Shown: positions 1 to 15,997 of the stretch, one piece after another | How positions within the stretch are numbered: position 1 is the stretch's first letter | Layout: each line of letters begins with the position of its first letter | Source of the DNA: the human T2T-CHM13v2.0 reference genome, Homo sapiens | Strand: one strand, 5' to 3' | Length of the DNA stretch: 64,000 nucleotides | NCBI RefSeq assembly: GCF_009914755.1 | Contig: NC_060926.1 | Translations under genes and position numbers: made by a program | Notes under the pieces: generated by a model | Database searches by the model: none | Seen by the model: the letters and a program-made list of their open reading frames with translations, nothing else | What the model was told of the DNA's origin: nothing

Positions 1-327
<327 letters not shown>

Positions 328-1572
328 AAGGATTTTAATTGACATAAGCAAATGAGAGAAAAACAAAGGTAGATTTGTGAAATAAAAGATGACTTTATGC
401 CAAATGAAAGCGAAGGAGGTTCAGGTGCCAAGGTCTCTATAGTTCAAATGGAGAAGTGGTGGAGAAATTGGGGCCACTCCAATGCCTTGTGCAACAGCAT
501 AAGCATGCCAAATTCCAAAACCTGTACCATGACAGCCAGTAATACATTCACACTGTGAGTAGCAGTTTAAATTTCTCAAAACTTCATCTGTCACACCAAA
601 TTTATGTTGTTAATTTGAGTTTTACTGGTTTTAGAGTTTTTTTCTTCAGTTTGTAAATTTATTTCAGTTTTATAATTAGAAGAGCTATAAGCATCAGCCT
701 TTACACCCAGCTTTATGTTTGCACTTATGTAAGTAACATTGTCATTAAATTAACAATGACACTGAGGAAAACTGTTCCTCATGTTCACATAAGCTTTGGA
801 AACTAATCTTTTACATTAACAGTGGTTGTTCCTAGCCATGGAGTTATCATTCCAGCTCCTATTGATGGAATCAGCCCTGTTTTCAATTTTTTAGTTGATC
901 AGAGATGAAAGAAACGGTCCCTTTTTGTTTTCTAGAGGCTTGAGGGGACACTTCTGGCCTTCTATGTGCAGGGACTATAATTTCCCTCAAATTTATCGGT
1001 GAAAGAAAATGGTCAGTTGAGAGTTGGCAAACATGTGAAAACAATAAAGCAGAAAGGAAAACCCAATTCAGTCCATTGCCTCAAAGAATAGGGAAAAGGC
1101 TGTGTTTTCTGATAACATATCTCATGGGAGACACCAAGGGACTACTGCAGTCTGCATAGGCATGGGGAGAAGCCATGTTTTACATTACAGGTCTAGAAAG
1201 TGAAATTGAACATTGCAATCTATACCTACCCATTTGTCTCCCTATCTCTAAAAAACACATATGAGGAAAACAGTTTTGTTCTACATGGTGTCCAAAGGTT
1301 TGTCTTCAGACCTGCGCTGGTCTATGGAAAAATTTTCACTGGTCTTCAACAAAACGAGGAAGATAAGGTCAACACAGTGTTTATATAAGTATGTTGGTGT
1401 AAGGTTACCAGCTGTTCCCAGGAAGAACTGTTCTTTGTTCTAAGATGTGATGTAACCCTAGCCACACACATGCTTAAAGCAAGCGTTTCCTCCAGGTTAG
1501 GAATCAAACACATTCATGGACTTCTGGCCTTCCAAAATCACAAAGTACTGCAAAATAATGTTACATGCTAGC

Positions 1573-1608
1573 ATTTTATAATATAATAAAATTATTATAT
1601 TATAAAAT
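1573..1608. repeat. Perfect AT-only inverted repeat (17-bp arms, 2-nt spacer)
   Basis: attttataatataataa-aa-ttattatattataaaat; the arms are exact reverse complements. Confidence 0.9.
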
Positions 1609-1774
1609 TAAATTTATTTTATAAAATTATGTTGAGTAGAGTTCCTTTTATTTTTTATTTATTTGGACATGTAAAAAAATTACTTTTCTGTTTTGTTTTT
1701 GCTTTTTGCAGTTTTACTGGTTCGTGAAAGTTCAAGAACCATAGAGTAACGACAAGAGCTGTGACTTAGAGGTA

Positions 1775-2482
<708 letters not shown>

Positions 2483-4945
2483 TAAATTCAGTGATCAAGA
2501 TGTTTAACTGAGAAGACTCAACATCCTTTAAAATCAGGCAAAGCATAGGACCACACTACCTAACCTAAATAGTTACTTTATTTTTTCTGAACTAAAACCA
2601 GTCTCTATCTACACATATATCAAAATAGATTAAAGAGAAAGAAATTAATACATTTAGTGTCTTTTTTGCCTACAAAAAAAACCCAGCTACAGTATTGAAG
2701 CTGATGTTTTTGAACTTAATTTGACATCACTTCAGACAACAGCTCCCAACATCCTTTGATGAAAACCTATTTAACTGGGCATAGACATGCTGAGACAAAA
2801 CAATACACCATATTTTTTAAAATAAATTTTCAACATTAAAAAAAAACTTTAGAGGACCAAAGGAAACAGGAACTAGGATACTTGCCCAGAACAACAAGAA
2901 ATGATTACTTAAAATCAGATATATTTATGTCATTAAAATTTAATGTATGACGCTCACTCCTTTATATGAATTATTTCAAAACACTATAAGGACATGCTTA
3001 ATGGGCAGGTAATCTTCACTGGTCTTATTTACCTAAAGATTTTTTTCAATGATAAATAGGTCTAAATATAAACTAAGTTCTTAAGAAAATATAGATGTTA
3101 ATAGATTTATGTTGAGGAGACTACGTGTTCTTCCTTGTTTGAATAATGTTCAGTGACTGTTTTTTAGCCACTGGGAAAATAGCTCAGTTTTATTCTAAAC
3201 AGACTCCAACTGAGAAAATAATACAAGACACTTCTTTGTTTATCTGGGGATTTGAGAGTTCTGGAAGTTCATGTAGGTTTCATGAGTGAAAGAATCAACA
3301 GTCTTTCTTTCCATAGACATGTCAAATTAGTTGCTCCCTAAATCAAAACATGGCATGGTACAAATTGGGGTCTTGATGTGGCACATTTCTGACATGCTCC
3401 TCATGAATACATGTTTTTAATTCAGCAAGTTATTCATCTGGGCTCAGCAAATAGGCCCCTTACCTGTTCCTTAAGTCTTTCCACTGAGCTGTGTTTTCTT
3501 TTCCCTTTGCAATTTGCAGTGACTTAGCAACTGATAAATGAGCCCTGGCTTGAGCACCATTTGACCATTAAATAATGCCTAGGGAAGTATATTAGACGAA
3601 AATTATGGGCTCTGCACAGAGAAGGCCAGAGAGCCTCTAGATAACTTCGAAACAAGGGCATCAGATGGCAGAACTCTCTACCCTCTACTGCATAGCCCAC
3701 CCACCTTGGTTTTGTTTACCCCTAACCCAAGCCAAGTGACATCACATCGCTCCCCTAAATCAGCTCCAGAGAACTTTTTGATCCCGAGTATTCCCTCATG
3801 GTACATCCTGCAAACATATATTAATCTTGAAGAAAAACAGATCCTTGCCTTAGGAAGCTATCCTTTTTTTTTCTTTGAAGATAGGCTAATTTCAGATATA
3901 ATTTCTGAATTGAAGAGTTGAGATTGTAATGTTATTTTCTTTTTCAATTTGTTGAACAACTTCAGTGAACTAAATCTGGCAGGGATCTGGCAGAGAAATT
4001 GTTTCACTCAATCCTCTCAATCTGCAGAGGCAGAATTTCCCAGTGTGTATGTTCTCACTCGTGTAAACACAGATAGTCATTTGTCGTTGCACCCTAAGAA
4101 ATGAGACCTCTATGTATCCCAAGGATTTAGTTCTTAGAGATAACTCTATCCTCACAGCCCAAATGGACTTAAAATTTGAACTTTTCAGAAGTAGGTTTGA
4201 AAAGGTGGAACAATCAAAACCCTAAGCAATGCCTTTCTTCATTCCCATGAGATTGAAAGACGGTAGTCAAGTCTTTTTAATCTTGTAAAATTCCATGCAT
4301 TAACTCCTTTATATGCAGAGGGCAATAAATCACAAAGTTATTTCAAGCATTCACTTACTAAATTACTTTCTTCTTTTTTTCATTTTCCACCTTAATTTGA
4401 TAATGCTACCAATTAAAATGCTACCTATCGGTTTAAGAAATCTATAGACTTTTAGATGGTTTCCATTTTGGAAAGAAATCAATACATTACAGAAACAGAG
4501 CTCATTAGTGGCAAACAGTCAAAGGTGGATTCTATTGACATTATCCAAATCCTACTCATTCCCTAAGAATAAACTTCGATCCTGGCTTCTCCATGGAAAT
4601 TCTTCCCAATTACCCAGTTTGAAAGGGTCGCTACTTTCCTGAAATGCCAAGTAACTTAATATTTGTAATTAGTCAAGAACAGTCTAGGAACATGATTATA
4701 TTGGTCTCTGGAGGCTTTTTACATTTTGGATGTCATTTTACTTCTAATGTCTTTTTACCTTGTCCCCTCATCTAGCTGGTAAACAAACTCCTCTCATGCA
4801 CAGACCACGAATTACAATTCTTCGTGTCTGCCTCCCATACAATCTCTTAATTCAAAATAATATTGTACTATCACATGCCAGTCAGTGTACTGAGTAAAAG
4901 GGGGACAAAGACATCATAATTAAGTTTTTCACTTCAAGGGGCTTA

Positions 4946-5263
<318 letters not shown>

Positions 5264-5334
5264 TCAGTTTTGTAGGTTGTCTATAAATATATGTTGATAT
5301 AAATTAATATATAAGACAGACATTTGCAGCAATT

Positions 5335-5740
5335 TTCATTCATTTGTTCCACAAATAATTACTGAGTATCTAAAATGTGTCACCAGTTGTGCTTAATGTT
5401 GAAGATGCAAGGAGGAACAAGACACATGTGGTCCTTGTTCTCATGATGCATAGAACTTTGGGAGTTTAGACAAAATACAAATAAGCAAACAAAACAGCTG
5501 TAAATTTTGATAAGTGCTTTGAAAGGAACACAAAGATAATTGAAATAGAGAAAAATAAGGAGCAAACTCCTTTAGTAAGAGTGACCAAGAAGTGTCTCTC
5601 TGAAGGGAAGCCAGCCCAGAAATAGTAGAGGGGAAATTATTCTGAGATGGAGAGAAGCATGTGCAAAAGTCCTGGGGAAAGAAAAGACCAAAGGAAAATC
5701 TCTATGGCTGGAACAGGATGTGTGAGGAGGCAAGAGGTTC
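5335..5740 (-). mobile_element. L2 LINE 3' end
   Basis: Starts ttcattcatttg...ttactgagtatct...ccttgttctcatg; later agcatgtgcaaaagtcctggg. Confidence 0.75.
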
Positions 5741-5964
5741 AGATTACATGGTTTAAATGGAAAAATAAGAGCAGTTTCTAGATGAGGTCCTAAAAGAAGT
5801 TTACTCCTGGGGCTGTCTCCTGTATGAACAAGCTGTCCCATGTTATCTAGGTGAAGAGATGGGAGGGGACCCATCTTAACATTAACAGTAATACTCTACA
5901 CAAGCAGTCTTACTTTTAATGCCACATAGGGGCCAGTTTGAATGCTTGCACTTGTATTTCAACC

Positions 5965-5971
<7 letters not shown>

Positions 5972-6009
<38 letters not shown>
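5972..6009. repeat. (TG)n microsatellite
   Basis: About 19 TG units. Confidence 0.97.
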
Positions 6010-6012
<3 letters not shown>

Positions 6013-6099
6013 TCTACATCTCACATTCTTGTTTGGAAGCAAGTTTACTCTTTTATCTAAAGTGTTCCAATGAACTATGATCATCACCTGTTAACTATG

Positions 6100-6438
6100 A
6101 TCAGCCTTCCATATCTGTGGGTTCTGAATCCATAGGTTCAACCAACTACAAATCCAAAACATTTGAAAAAAATTTATGTCTGTACTGAACAGGTACAAGC
6201 CTTTTTCTTGTCGTTATTCCCTAAACAATATAGTATAACAACTACTTACATAGCATTTACATTGTAGTAGGTATTATAAGTAATCTACAGATGATGTAAA
6301 GTGTACAGGAGGATGTGTTTTGCATAGGTTATATGCAAATACAACACTATTTTATATCAGGGACTTGAGCATCTTCAGATTTCAATATCCAAGGGAGGTC
6401 TTGAAACCAATTCCCTGCAGATACCAAAGGATGACTGC
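6100..6438 (-). mobile_element. MER2 (TcMar-Tigger MITE)
   Basis: gttattccctaaacaatatagtataacaactacttacatagcatttacattgta...cagggacttgagcatc...gataccaaaggatgactg matches antisense MER2. Confidence 0.9.
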
Positions 6439-7122
6439 ACATCCTCCTTTGGTTAATTTTCTATATTGAGTCCAGGAGTTTCTACCTTTGGTAATAATAA
6501 GAGGAATAAACTAAATGGATTATTTGGATAATCCACTGTTAATTATATTTATTCTCTCTACGATATGCTGACTGATGACAGAATTAGCACACCTTCTCTG
6601 GACTATTGGCCTCAAGACTGCATTCTGTTTTGAGATTTAAAAAATTTAACTCAGATTTTTCTAAGGGAATAGAGGGAATGCACTTTTTCTCTTTTCACTC
6701 TATTTTCTTCCTGTTTTAGAAGCCTGAATCTGTCTGGGCAAATCCTCATTATCTGCAGGGGATGAGGCCAGAGTTGGAGGAGCAGGACCTGCCAGGGTAA
6801 AAAGACAGGTGGAGGAGCTGGCAGGAAGCTGGGCAGAAGTCAGCTTCAGGAAGACCTGCCAGCAGTTGAGCTCCAGCTGCTATGTGTAGTTCAGGAGCTG
6901 GGTGGCTGGATCCAGCATCCACAATTAGGCCTGGGAAGAACAAGGCAAGCCTCAGTCCTAAGGGAATCAAACTATGGGAAAATTATCAAGCAAGAACTGA
7001 AGTACAAAAATTAAGGCTTCAGAACTGAGACAGAAGGTTGGGGACAGAATGGTAGTAACGAGAGAGATGTATTCTGAGCCCCAGGGTGCTGGGATGAAGT
7101 TCTTTAAATTCTGGAGTGAGAT

Positions 7123-7519
7123 TCAGCTGGAATATTCTGGTTAGTGTATTGAAACAGTACCGTCCTGGCTGGCAATGAGCTACTTCTTGTAGCTCCCCCT
7201 TCCCTCTCCTCCACCCTCAACAGGTGGCCCCTTCCCCTTGCTCTGTTTCAACCACCTACAAACACCTAGGCCACTCCCCCGACAGCCACTGTCTAATAGC
7301 CAACAGTCCCTTCCCAGTACTTCAACTCAGTACACAGGGTGCACTGGCCTCCCTGTGGGCAAATGCTGACCAGCTCTCTGTCCGCCATCACCACCCCAAG
7401 TTGTGGCTGCCCATCAGCCTTTCCCTGGAGTTGCCCCACGTGGTTCTGTGTTGCAACTGCAACCTCTACCCTAGGCTGCCACCACCTACCCATTGTTCAA
7501 TATATTTAATATCGCCTGC
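7123..7519. mobile_element. Possible hAT-Tip100 (MER115/Zaphod-like) fragment
   Basis: End ttgttcaatatatttaatatcgcctg resembles a Zaphod-family terminal sequence; highly diverged. Confidence 0.35.
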
Positions 7520-7739
7520 ACCCAAATCTCTACTTTTAGGCCAGGATTAATCCTAGACACACACACACATTCACATACCCCCCACACACACACAGAGGGT
7601 TAAAACTACAGTTAAAAGTGCTAGGCCAGATGAAGGCAATAAAATAATAACATCAGCTGTGGAGAGAGAAAAAATGAAATAGTTGGAAACCAAGCAAGGT
7701 CTGATACAAAAAAATAAATTAAAATAAAATCTGAGCTTT

Positions 7740-7858
7740 GTAGTTCTCAGACACAGGTATACGGAATAATTACATCAGAGGGTCTTAAAATGCAGATGTC
7801 CAGACCTCGAGACCCAGACTGAATCAGGAACTCTGAGGGTCCCTCATGGAGACCACTG
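7740..7858. mobile_element. MER5-like hAT-Charlie MITE fragment
   Basis: tagttctca...ttaaaatgcagatgtcc...actgaatcaggaactctg...gagaccactg. Confidence 0.55.
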
Positions 7859-7895
7859 TGCACAGCAGAGCATGGCTCTGCTCTAGATTATTTCT

Positions 7896-8202
<307 letters not shown>

Positions 8203-9180
8203 TAAAGCATTATCAACCCTGTGTGGATTTCTTAAGACCTACTGCCCACCGATCCCACCTGCAGACTTTTTTGCTGATTGACCAAGCTGCCAAGAGTTGA
8301 GGTGAAACTGAAAAGAGGAAGGGTAAAAATAACCACAAAGACAAAAATTGAAATAAATGACAAATGAATGAATACTGTATTAAGAAAAGTGTAAAGCAAT
8401 CTCTCTACTGGGTGACATAAACTATTGTCTTCAAATTATTTTTACTACCAAACAAGGTTATAGGTTTAGGGTTTTTTGTTTTGTGAGGTTTGTTTGTTTT
8501 TTTTTTTTTTACAAGCAAAGAAAAAATGAAATATTATCTTCAAAATGTACTTTCCTTGAGTCTGTGTGGCTATTCATTATTCAAGATAACATCACACAGA
8601 GCAAATGAAAAAGAGCTGATTGTGAAAAATTATCTGTGAGAATCCTACTGGGAAGAAAAGTCCACGTGAAGAAAAATTGTAAAGGGTTTAGAGCTCATAA
8701 AGAATCAACTGAAATAATGTTCAGTGCAAAATTTATCATGTGATAAAAGTTTATGATCATGTGTAATACTCAAAATAAATGGAACAAATCAATGTCAGTA
8801 TACCTGCTTTCCTTCCTTCCTTCTGTAAGAAGTCTGTACTCTCTTCTGGACATTCCTGCCAGCCCGGCAGGGTCTGTGGCCCTGTGACCTCAGCAGCTGG
8901 CCTCTCCCTCCCTCCCTTCTCCTTCCTGTCCTGTCCCTCCACACATCCACACATCTGGATGCCCCTCAGGTCAAGCAGCGGCCTGGCTAAGCAGCCAGAA
9001 ACAAGGCTTGGATTCCACAGGGCTGCAACTTGGGTACAGCTGCAATAAACTTATCTGCTAAAGGAAGTCAAGACTCAAGTTCAGGGAAACCCTGGTCTGA
9101 ACACCTAGTCCAAAGGGCTATAGAGCTATAAGTGTGTTGTCAGGCTTCTGCCAGTCAAAACAATAGAAAATTCAGGAGCA

Positions 9181-9495
<315 letters not shown>

Positions 9496-9874
9496 AGTTT
9501 GGGACTGAAAGGAAGGTTCTGAGAGTGCAGCTCTTTGGTGGTGGCAGGTTTCTGAATGGGCTGGTGGCAGGATGGGACACCTACCAGGTAAGTCTTCCCC
9601 TGTCTTCCTGTGTCTCAGCACTGACCATGTTACTGCCTTACTGGAAAACCTCAATGCCCCTCATTCCCCATCCAATAAAGGCCCCTCATGTTCTGGCACT
9701 ATGTTTCCTTTCCAATCTTATCTCCCATTATTCATTCATACAAGCCCTGAACAAAATTTGTTAAGTTCCTAATGTATGTCAGTTTCTTAAGTGCTAGAGT
9801 CAGAGATGATCAGAAGCACTGTTTTCATCTTCCCAAAATCCACAACTAGAAGGCAGGCAGTCCAGAAACCAATC

Positions 9875-10867
9875 ACTTGGGTGTCTAACAGGCGTCTTGA
9901 AATTACATGTTCAAAATTGATTTGATCTTCCCTCTCAAACCTGTTCTTCCCACAGCCTTTCCCACTTCAGCAAATGACAATGGTCTTCCTTCCATTTCTT
10001 CAAGTCAGTCTTGGAGCCACTCTTGACTCCTTTCTCTTTCTCTTACAGCTTGTTTCAGCAAGTCCAGCTGGCTCTGCCTTCAAAATACAACCAGGATCTC
10101 ATCACCTCTCACCAACTCACTGCCACCACCATGACCCAAGCCACCATGCTCGTTTCCTGGGTTACTGCTCTAGCCTCCAAACTGTCTCCCAGCTTCCATC
10201 CCTGCCCCTCTATAGTAAATTTTCAACATGGCAAGCAAAGCAATCCTTTATATTTTAATATAAGACAGGTCACGTCTGTAGCCTACCTGCTCAAAATCTT
10301 CCACTGGCTTCTCATCTCATTCAAAATGAAAGCCAAAGGCATTCAGGTCGTGTCTAGGACCATGCATCCTCTGGCCCCCACTTCTTTTCCCATTAAAAGT
10401 ACTTATTGTACCACCACCACTCTCCCTCCTCTCACTCTGCTCCCACGGGTGTGTTTCTCAAACACCATCATGTCCCACCTCTGGATCTTTCCTCCAGCTG
10501 CTCCCTCTGCCTGGAATACTCTTCCCTAGGATAGGCTCATGGTTCACTCTCTCACCTCCTTTGGGTCTCTGCTCAACCATCACCTTCTGAGAGAACTTCT
10601 CCAACCACCTTGCACAAAATAACACTATCTTTCCCAAGCACTCCCTACTTTCCTTACTTAATCTGATTTATTTTTCAACATTGTACTTATTTTCATTTGA
10701 CATACCTTCTATTTGTGTTATCTGTTCATTGTTCATCTTCCCCATTTGAATAGAAGACACAGGAGTTCAGAGACTTTGTCTGCTTTCTTCACTGCTGTCT
10801 CCCCTGCACTTAGAAGAGTGCCTAGCATGTAGCGTGCTCAGTTAATACATATTGAATTGATTAGTTA
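9875..10867 (+). mobile_element. L2a LINE 3' portion
   Basis: cacttgggtgtctaacaggc...ctctgccttcaaaataca...ctgcctggaatactcttccc...agtgcctagcatgtag...tgaattga. Confidence 0.85.
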
Positions 10868-11633
10868 ACTAGCATGAATAGAGAACTGTTTTCTTTTCCT
10901 TCCAATTCCTGGATTCAGTAAAATCCTATTCATTTAGTAAAATCCTACTTGTCTTTAGTCTCAGTTTAAAGGTCACCTCTTCAAAAAGCTATACCTGACT
11001 CACCCTAGAGAATTTGGTTCCTCTGGCGTGTGCTCGTGATACTTCATTTGCTGGATGGAACATGAGTGAATGGAGTGGTGGCATTCCTGTCGGCCTCCAT
11101 CTGCCAGTGTGTCATATTTCCACCTCTATTACTCATCATGGTTCTTCTGGCAGCCAGTGACTAAACCAAGTCACACAGCCAACTTGCTTTCAGAACATGA
11201 AGTTCCACTTCAGTATTAGGCTACTGTTGAGTCTCCCCCTCACTCCATCCCAGCTTGTACTACCCAGCCCTCCTCCTGGCCCCAGGCAGGGAGCTCATTC
11301 CACAGTTCTTCACTCTTTCCCCTGACAGCCCGACAATTCCTCCCTTCACCTTCCATAGGTCTTTTCCCATGAATTTCTTAAATGAAACATAGTGAGGTTA
11401 TTGTTCACTATATTGGCTTGCTTATAGACATTTTAGAAAACCTCATATTGCATACTAAGATAGTCACTTAGATATGTACAAATATGGCATTTGAAATGTT
11501 CCTACAGAATTCTGGGCAACAAGCTCATGGTCCCTAAAATGATCCACTGTGAAATCAATGGTGACTTAACACTTTTTATCTCCAGTTCTTTTGCCAGAAG
11601 CATAACATATTACAAGTTCAACAAGAGCCACTT

Positions 11634-11930
11634 GATGAGCATGGTAGCCATGCCTGTAACCCCAGCACTTTGGGAGGCCAAAGCAGGAGAATCGCTTCAG
11701 GCCAGGAGTTCAACATAGCAAGACCCCATCTCTACAAAAACAAAACAAAACAAAACAAAAAACCATTAGCCAGATGTGGTGGCCCGCACTTGTAGTCCCA
11801 GTTACTCAGGAGGCTGAGGCATGAGGATCACTTGAGCCCAGGAGGTCAAGGCTACAGTGAGTTAAGATGGCACCACTGCACCCCAGCCTGGGTAACAGAG
11901 CCTTAAGACCCCATATCAAAAAAAACAAAG
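11634..11930 (+). mobile_element. AluJ element
   Basis: gaggatcacttgagcccaggaggtcaaggctacagtgag (J-type right arm); linker expanded to (CAAAA)n. Confidence 0.92.
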
Positions 11931-12072
11931 AACATTTACTTAACCTCAAAATCCGTCTCTCTAAAAGAATAGTTCATCAATGAATCAATCATTCAACATC
12001 TAATGTGTACCCAATGTTGGGTTATATGTTTCTCTTATTAGAGGAAACCAACACATGTGAAACAATGGACAG

Positions 12073-12821
12073 TGTAGTGGACATCACATGATTTGTTCTG
12101 CACAGAATCTGTTTTCCCTTCTGGTTTCCCTTCGGGAAAACACATGTCTCCTCCACTCTCAGTCCACTTGTTTTGGGTAGAATTGAACCTATGTTCAGTG
12201 TACGAGTAAACAGCGATCCAAGCCTGGCCAGTCAGAGCATCCCAGCCATGGCCACAGTAATTGGCCCAGGGATGGGCATATAATCCAAACCAACCCAATA
12301 TGAGTAGATTCAAATACAGTATAGTAGTTAAGCAGAAGACTACCTGGGTTCAAATCCTAGCTTCACTAATTACCAGGTGTAAGAACTTGGCAAGTTATCT
12401 GCTCTTTGATGGCTCCAGTTTCTTGGGTAGGAAATTGGGAAAATAATTTCTAGCCATAGGATGGTGAGACAGTTTAGGTAAGACGATAAAGGCAAAGTGC
12501 TTAAAACCATGCTTGGTACATATTAAACTTTCCATGAATGCTAATCAACTCCATTTTTGGAACTTTTATGAAAGAGGATCTTTCTTCTGGGGCCATCTTG
12601 CTAACACATGGCAAGAGCCTGCCTAAGTCAAACCATAGAGGAGAAGCAGCTTAGGAGAAGTGATGAATCCTGGCCACATCAATTGAGTCCCAAGATCTAG
12701 ATGTGCCTGATATCAACTACCCCCTGGACTTTTTGTTACGTGAACAAATACATTCTCTTTTTTTCTGAAGTAGGTTAATTTGGGTTCCTGACTCTTGCCT
12801 GAAAGAGCTCTGCCTAATACA
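12073..12821 (+). mobile_element. Old MaLR LTR (MLT1J/K-like) interrupted by a MIR
   Basis: tg...ca ends; ccatggccacagtaattggcccagggatgggca; ...aaagagctctgcctaataca. Confidence 0.7.
12315..12545 (+). mobile_element. MIR nested in MLT1 LTR
   Basis: ctgggttcaaatcctagcttcacta...cttggcaagtta...aaagtgcttaaaaccatgcttggtacata. Confidence 0.8.
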
Positions 12822-14104
12822 GGCAGTGGTTCTAGGCAATGTGTAATTAAGCGCTAAATGGGTTTCATAAACAGCAGAAGAGAGCAGAATGAGGCAAGTT
12901 CAATATGGGCTACTGTAAGTAGTGAGGACAGGGATGGGGGGAGTTCACCCACCTCAAATTCTGCCAGCTCTGGCAGCTGTGTCAGAAAATATCTGGGGAG
13001 TAATTGAGATATCATTGTCCCAGAAGCAGTATATTTGTTGATCAAAGAAAACTCACCTTCTAGAAAAAATAATGCCATTACAGAGGTTTTTCTTTAGCAC
13101 AAATCTCTCGCCTCCCCTCATAGCTAGAATCTAGCACTCTATCTTTTGTCCATGTGGAAATGACAACTTCCAAACCTGCAAAAATGACTCTTTCCAATAG
13201 AGTGAAGAAAGGCCTTTGGTTTTGTATCTAATAATCATGTTAGCTGGATGTAACTGACACTTTCAGAAACGACAACTTCAAAGTGATTCCTTCCAGGAAA
13301 TTAGAAGGCACAGAAACCATTGCCTTATCCTGAAGTTTCCATCCAAGGCTCCGTGGGCGCCTTTAGCCCTGAGTTCAGGGAGCTGTCCCTCATCTGAAAT
13401 TGTGCATGTTTACTGTAATCCTCCTCTAGAGTTTCCTGGGAGGAAATTCATTTAACATCCCTCCCTCGACCTTTCTTTTTGAGCAATTTGGTGTATCCAC
13501 CTCTCAGCCTTTCCTTGAAGAAATCCAGCTATCTATCCTTTTTTCTATGTTGAAAATAAAAGAGAATCTGTCTTTTTCACAATGCGGTGAGCAGGTTATA
13601 TACAGCATGACAAAAGCATCATTTCATAGGCCTACGGTTTGAAGTTGATAAGAGGTTTTCAGGAACAAAGGGGTATTTCAAGTGAGTGAGCAAGACAGAG
13701 AGAGTGAAAGTGAGAGTAACAGCCAGTCTCACTTCTTCCAAATTACTTCCATTTTTCTCAGGGAACAGTCATCAGAGACATTCTCATTTAGAAAATTCAT
13801 TACAATTTTATTACCTAAAAATTGCTCAACACATACCAACAACCATAAAGGATATACCGAAAGTGGAAATGCCCACTGTGTTACTCTTAAGGTTAGTATC
13901 CGTTGCCAGATTCACCCTTGCTTTATTAAGGTTGCAATATTTAGCTTTTGGGTTTACTAAACGAAAGAAAGAAAGAAAGAAAGGAAAAGAAAGAAAATAT
14001 TAGAAATATTTGGAAAACGCCTTCTAAAAAGAAGATGTAAAGACAATAGATCAGAGAATATCAGTGGTAGCCAGGATTTCACTGTTTATTTCTTCTACAC
14101 AAAC

Positions 14105-14260
14105 TTTTTTTTTTTTGGAGAAGAGTCTCGCTCTGTCACCCAGGCTGGAGGCTGGAGTACAGTGGCACAGTCTTGGCTCACTGCAACTTCTGCCTCCTGG
14201 GTTCCAGCTATTCTTATGCTTCAGCCACCTGAGTAACTGGGATTACAGGCGCACATACCT
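14105..14260 (-). mobile_element. Alu right arm only
   Basis: Poly-T plus gagtctcgctctgtcacccaggctggag(gctggag)...gattacaggcgcac. Confidence 0.9.
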
Positions 14261-15137
14261 TTTAAAAAGCAGACCACAAACAAATTTATATGCACAATTC
14301 TCTGCTATTAATACAAACAACAAAAATGTTGGAATCTACCCTCGAGGAAGGCTCAAAAGTGATTATTCGTGAATGTCGTGAATGTCTTTGTCACCCGCTC
14401 ATTTCTGGCAGTGGTGCCAAGACAAAAGCCCTGAGCTCCTCTCCACTCTCCGTTAGAATTATCTCCCTTCTTCTCATGGCTATTGCTCTAATGGCTGTAG
14501 GTTTGAACACAGATTAAATGATTTTCTCCTTGACTTGCTGAGTATGGATAAACTGGAAGGAAGAAGGGTTGAAGGAGAGTCTGGTAAGAGGCCTGTGATG
14601 CTTGTAGGCTGCACAGGCTTGAAGCAGGTCAGCTGCACTGTGGCGGCTGATGACATCCTCCTGGAAGGATGCTCTGCCTAACATTCAGTAGCTCTTGCCT
14701 GTAACTGTGACGCCTAAAGCTAAAACAACATAGGGCTAACTGCCTGACTTTTCCTAGGCCTGAGACTTTGAGCATTGACAGTTTAAAATAAATTCATCCA
14801 AGACTAGAAATGCTATGAATGTACAGGTGTGATTAGGCACAATTAAAAGGAAATGAAATGGGCTCTTTCTCACCAGTTAATTAAATTAAATATAAATTTA
14901 ATTTAGTTAAATTTAGTTAAATTAAGCCAAGAGTAAATCCCCTGTACTTTCTTCTCAGATCCTGTAAAGACACTTTCCACATCCTCCTCATTGCAGTTTT
15001 GAGACCATCTGGGGTTGCCAGTATCCTTCGACTGATGTGGGACCAGTAAATCTCAACTCCACCAAATCCAATGCCCCCTTTTAACAATTATATCTCTTTT
15101 ATCGTCATGAAGTAGAATCCATAGGTAGTATATCCTA

Positions 15138-15567
15138 TGATATGGCTTGGATGTGTGTTCTCTCCAATCTCATGTTGAAATGTGATCACCAGTGTTGGAG
15201 GTGGGGCCTAATGGGAGATGATTAAGTCATGGGGGTGTGTCCCTCATGAATAGCTTGGTGCTATCCTCACAGTAACAAATAATTTCTTATTCTATGAGTT
15301 CATGCATTATCTACTTGTTTAAAAGAGACTGACACTTCCTTCCTCTCTCACGCTCCTTCTCTCTTGCTTCCTTTCTCTCCATGTGACACATCTGTTCCCC
15401 CTTTGCCTTCTGCTATGAGCAGGCGCTTCCTGAGGCCTCACCAGAAGCAGAGGCTGACGCCACGCTTCTTACACAGCCTGCAGAACCGTGAGCCAATTAG
15501 ACCCCTTTTCTCTGTAAATTACCCAGCCTCAGATATTTCTTCATGGCAGTTCAAATGGACTAATGTA
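15138..15567 (+). mobile_element. MST (MSTA/B) MaLR solo LTR
   Basis: tgatatggcttgg...aatctcatgttgaaatgtgat...cagcctgcagaaccgtgagccaatta...ggactaatgta; near-TSD tccta/cccta. Confidence 0.9.
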
Positions 15568-15997
15568 CCCTATCTACCAACTAAAATTTTAAAATAAATA
15601 AACATCACGAGTAAACTGAAATATCAAGGAGACATACGGGGAAGGTCATTTAGAATATATTATCACAGCTGCACTAGAAGACATCTACAGTTGTCAGACA
15701 CTGCCTTTCGTCATAAAACTAGAATGCTACTGTGAATGCTACTGATGCCTTATCCCATGAGCATTTGGAATGCATCTGAAATGGTGCACTTCTCATAGTC
15801 AAGGTCCAAAGAAAACAAAACACAATATTTGTAGTTTACCCAATAATTACACTCTTGGAAAATTCAGTGTATATTAAAACTATACAGAAAACAGTTTGCT
15901 TTCATATGTTAAATAGAGTTCTGCTTTAGACTCAGATAATTGCAAACATGCTTCTCATCTATATGAAAGTTCAGGGAGTTTAAGTTGTACAGGACAG

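Noticed and set aside
10011-10529. Longest ORF in the window (172 aa)
   Set aside because: Lies within a decayed L2 element; no recognisable domain or splice context
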